Positions 5,243 through 5,567 of a stretch of 5,567 nucleotides of DNA are shown here, piece by piece. Numbering within the stretch: the stretch's first letter is position 1; each line of letters opens with the position of its first letter. The notes beneath the pieces were generated by a model, which saw nothing but the letters and a program-made list of their open reading frames with translations, did not search any database and was not told the origin of the DNA. The stretch comes from a virus. The stretch covers positions 1 to 5,567 of the IMG/VR virus record IMGVR_UViG_3300045988_005826. One strand, given 5' to 3'. The position numbers were made by a program, and so were the translations under genes.

Positions 5243-5344
5243 AGCAGTTCACCTCTTTCTGTAAGTTATTTGTAAAAATAGAATTTGTCGAAGCACCTTC
5301 TTGCTGTTCGACTATTTTTGTTATATCATAAGGCAGAGGGCCCG

Positions 5345-5464
5345 TCAATCCCTGTTGTTTAATTCTTTTCGAACTTCGTCGTGGATGTAGCTGCATCTGT
5401 ATCCTTCTGTTTTGCATGGACAACTTTCGCAGTCTCCGTCGCAGTGATTGAATCTGTAATCCAT
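5345..5464 (-). CDS. Cysteine-rich micro-protein, 39 aa (putative metal-binding)
   Basis: My own translation gives MDYRFNHCDGDCESCPCKTEGYRCSYIHDEVRKELNNRD*. The SD AAGGAG lies 9 nt upstream of the ATG at 5462-5464. It is the first gene after the noncoding region. It has 5 Cys and 2 His (H7, C8-x3-C12-x2-C15-x-C17-x6-C24-x3-H28). Its C-ending codon bias matches VP1. It is under the 60-aa track cutoff. Confidence 0.55.
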   Translation of the reverse strand: MDYRFNHCDGDCESCPCKTEGYRCSYIHDEVRKELNNRD

Positions 5465-5512
5465 GTATAGCAGCTCCTTTGTTTCTATGCTTATTTGTCA
5501 ACAGGTTTTTTG

Positions 5513-5567
5513 AAAAAAGTTTAGATGTACTATTTCTTGAAGGTCATGCGCTAGGCGCGGTGCGCCG
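5513..5567. repeat. Terminal direct repeat, right copy (redundant with 1-55)
   Basis: Exact 55-nt copy of 1-55. The true unit length is 5,512 nt. Confidence 0.95.

Noticed and set aside
5287-5312. Weak hairpin (GTCGAA..AGCA-AGAAGG-TGCT-TCGAC on the - strand) plus a distal T-run after the Cys-rich ORF, as a possible attenuator
   Set aside because: The stem is only 6+3 bp with a 2-nt bulge, and the T-run begins about 8 nt after the stem. This is not convincing as a terminator by eye.
5130-5501. 123-aa - strand ORF from the ORF track
   Set aside because: It starts at a TTG with no SD. Its sequence is Arg/Gln/Pro-rich and low in plausibility, with A/T-ending codons unlike the confirmed genes. 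It spans two better-supported short ORFs in other frames (5345-5464 and 5120-5242) and the spacer between them.
5496-5501. Perfect TTGACA (-35 hexamer) on the - strand, 32 nt upstream of the Cys-rich ORF
   Set aside because: At 16-18 nt downstream the sequence is the SD (AGGAGC), not a -10 element, so no canonical promoter can be assembled. The hexamer is better explained as part of a degenerate iteron (TTGTCAACA on the + strand).
5504-5520. GGTTTTTTGAAAAAAGT quasi-palindrome (T6-G-A6) spanning the circularisation junction
   Set aside because: It has a 1-nt centre and cannot form a hairpin. It may simply be an intrinsically bent A/T tract. It is noted only because it straddles the arbitrary contig break, which is an assembly coordinate and not a biological end.

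Overview
This window is a complete circular genome of a Microviridae ssDNA phage of the gokushovirus type, written as the reverse complement of the coding strand. Bases 1-55 recur exactly at 5513-5567, which looks like an assembly overlap, so the unit genome is 5,512 nt. Every gene I can support is on the - strand. Reading 5'->3' on that strand, the order is: Cys-rich 39-aa ORF (5464->5345), 40-codon helical ORF with no ATG (5242->5120), 73-aa ORF (5108->4887), J/ORF8-like basic 39-aa protein (4903->4784), hydrophobic 23-32 aa peptide (4787->4689), 78-aa protein at the VP5 position (4676->4440), VP3 scaffold (4462->3968), VP1 major capsid (3981->2317), a GC-hairpin intrinsic terminator, VP2 pilot protein (2270->1467), VP4 HUH replication initiator (1465->446), and a second terminator-like hairpin. 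A 493-nt noncoding region follows (445->1 plus 5512->5465). It holds a one-orientation array of (T)TTTCAACA iterons that includes one perfect DnaA box (TTATCCACA). It also holds an 8-bp palindrome, a pure A/T tract abutting an 18-bp alternating-CG/TG hairpin, and a nested GC hairpin. The capsid/Rep core is ordinary. The interesting parts are the origin-like noncoding region and four micro-ORFs below the ORF-track size cutoff or lacking an ATG. All homology statements come from motif recognition by eye, since no searches could be run.
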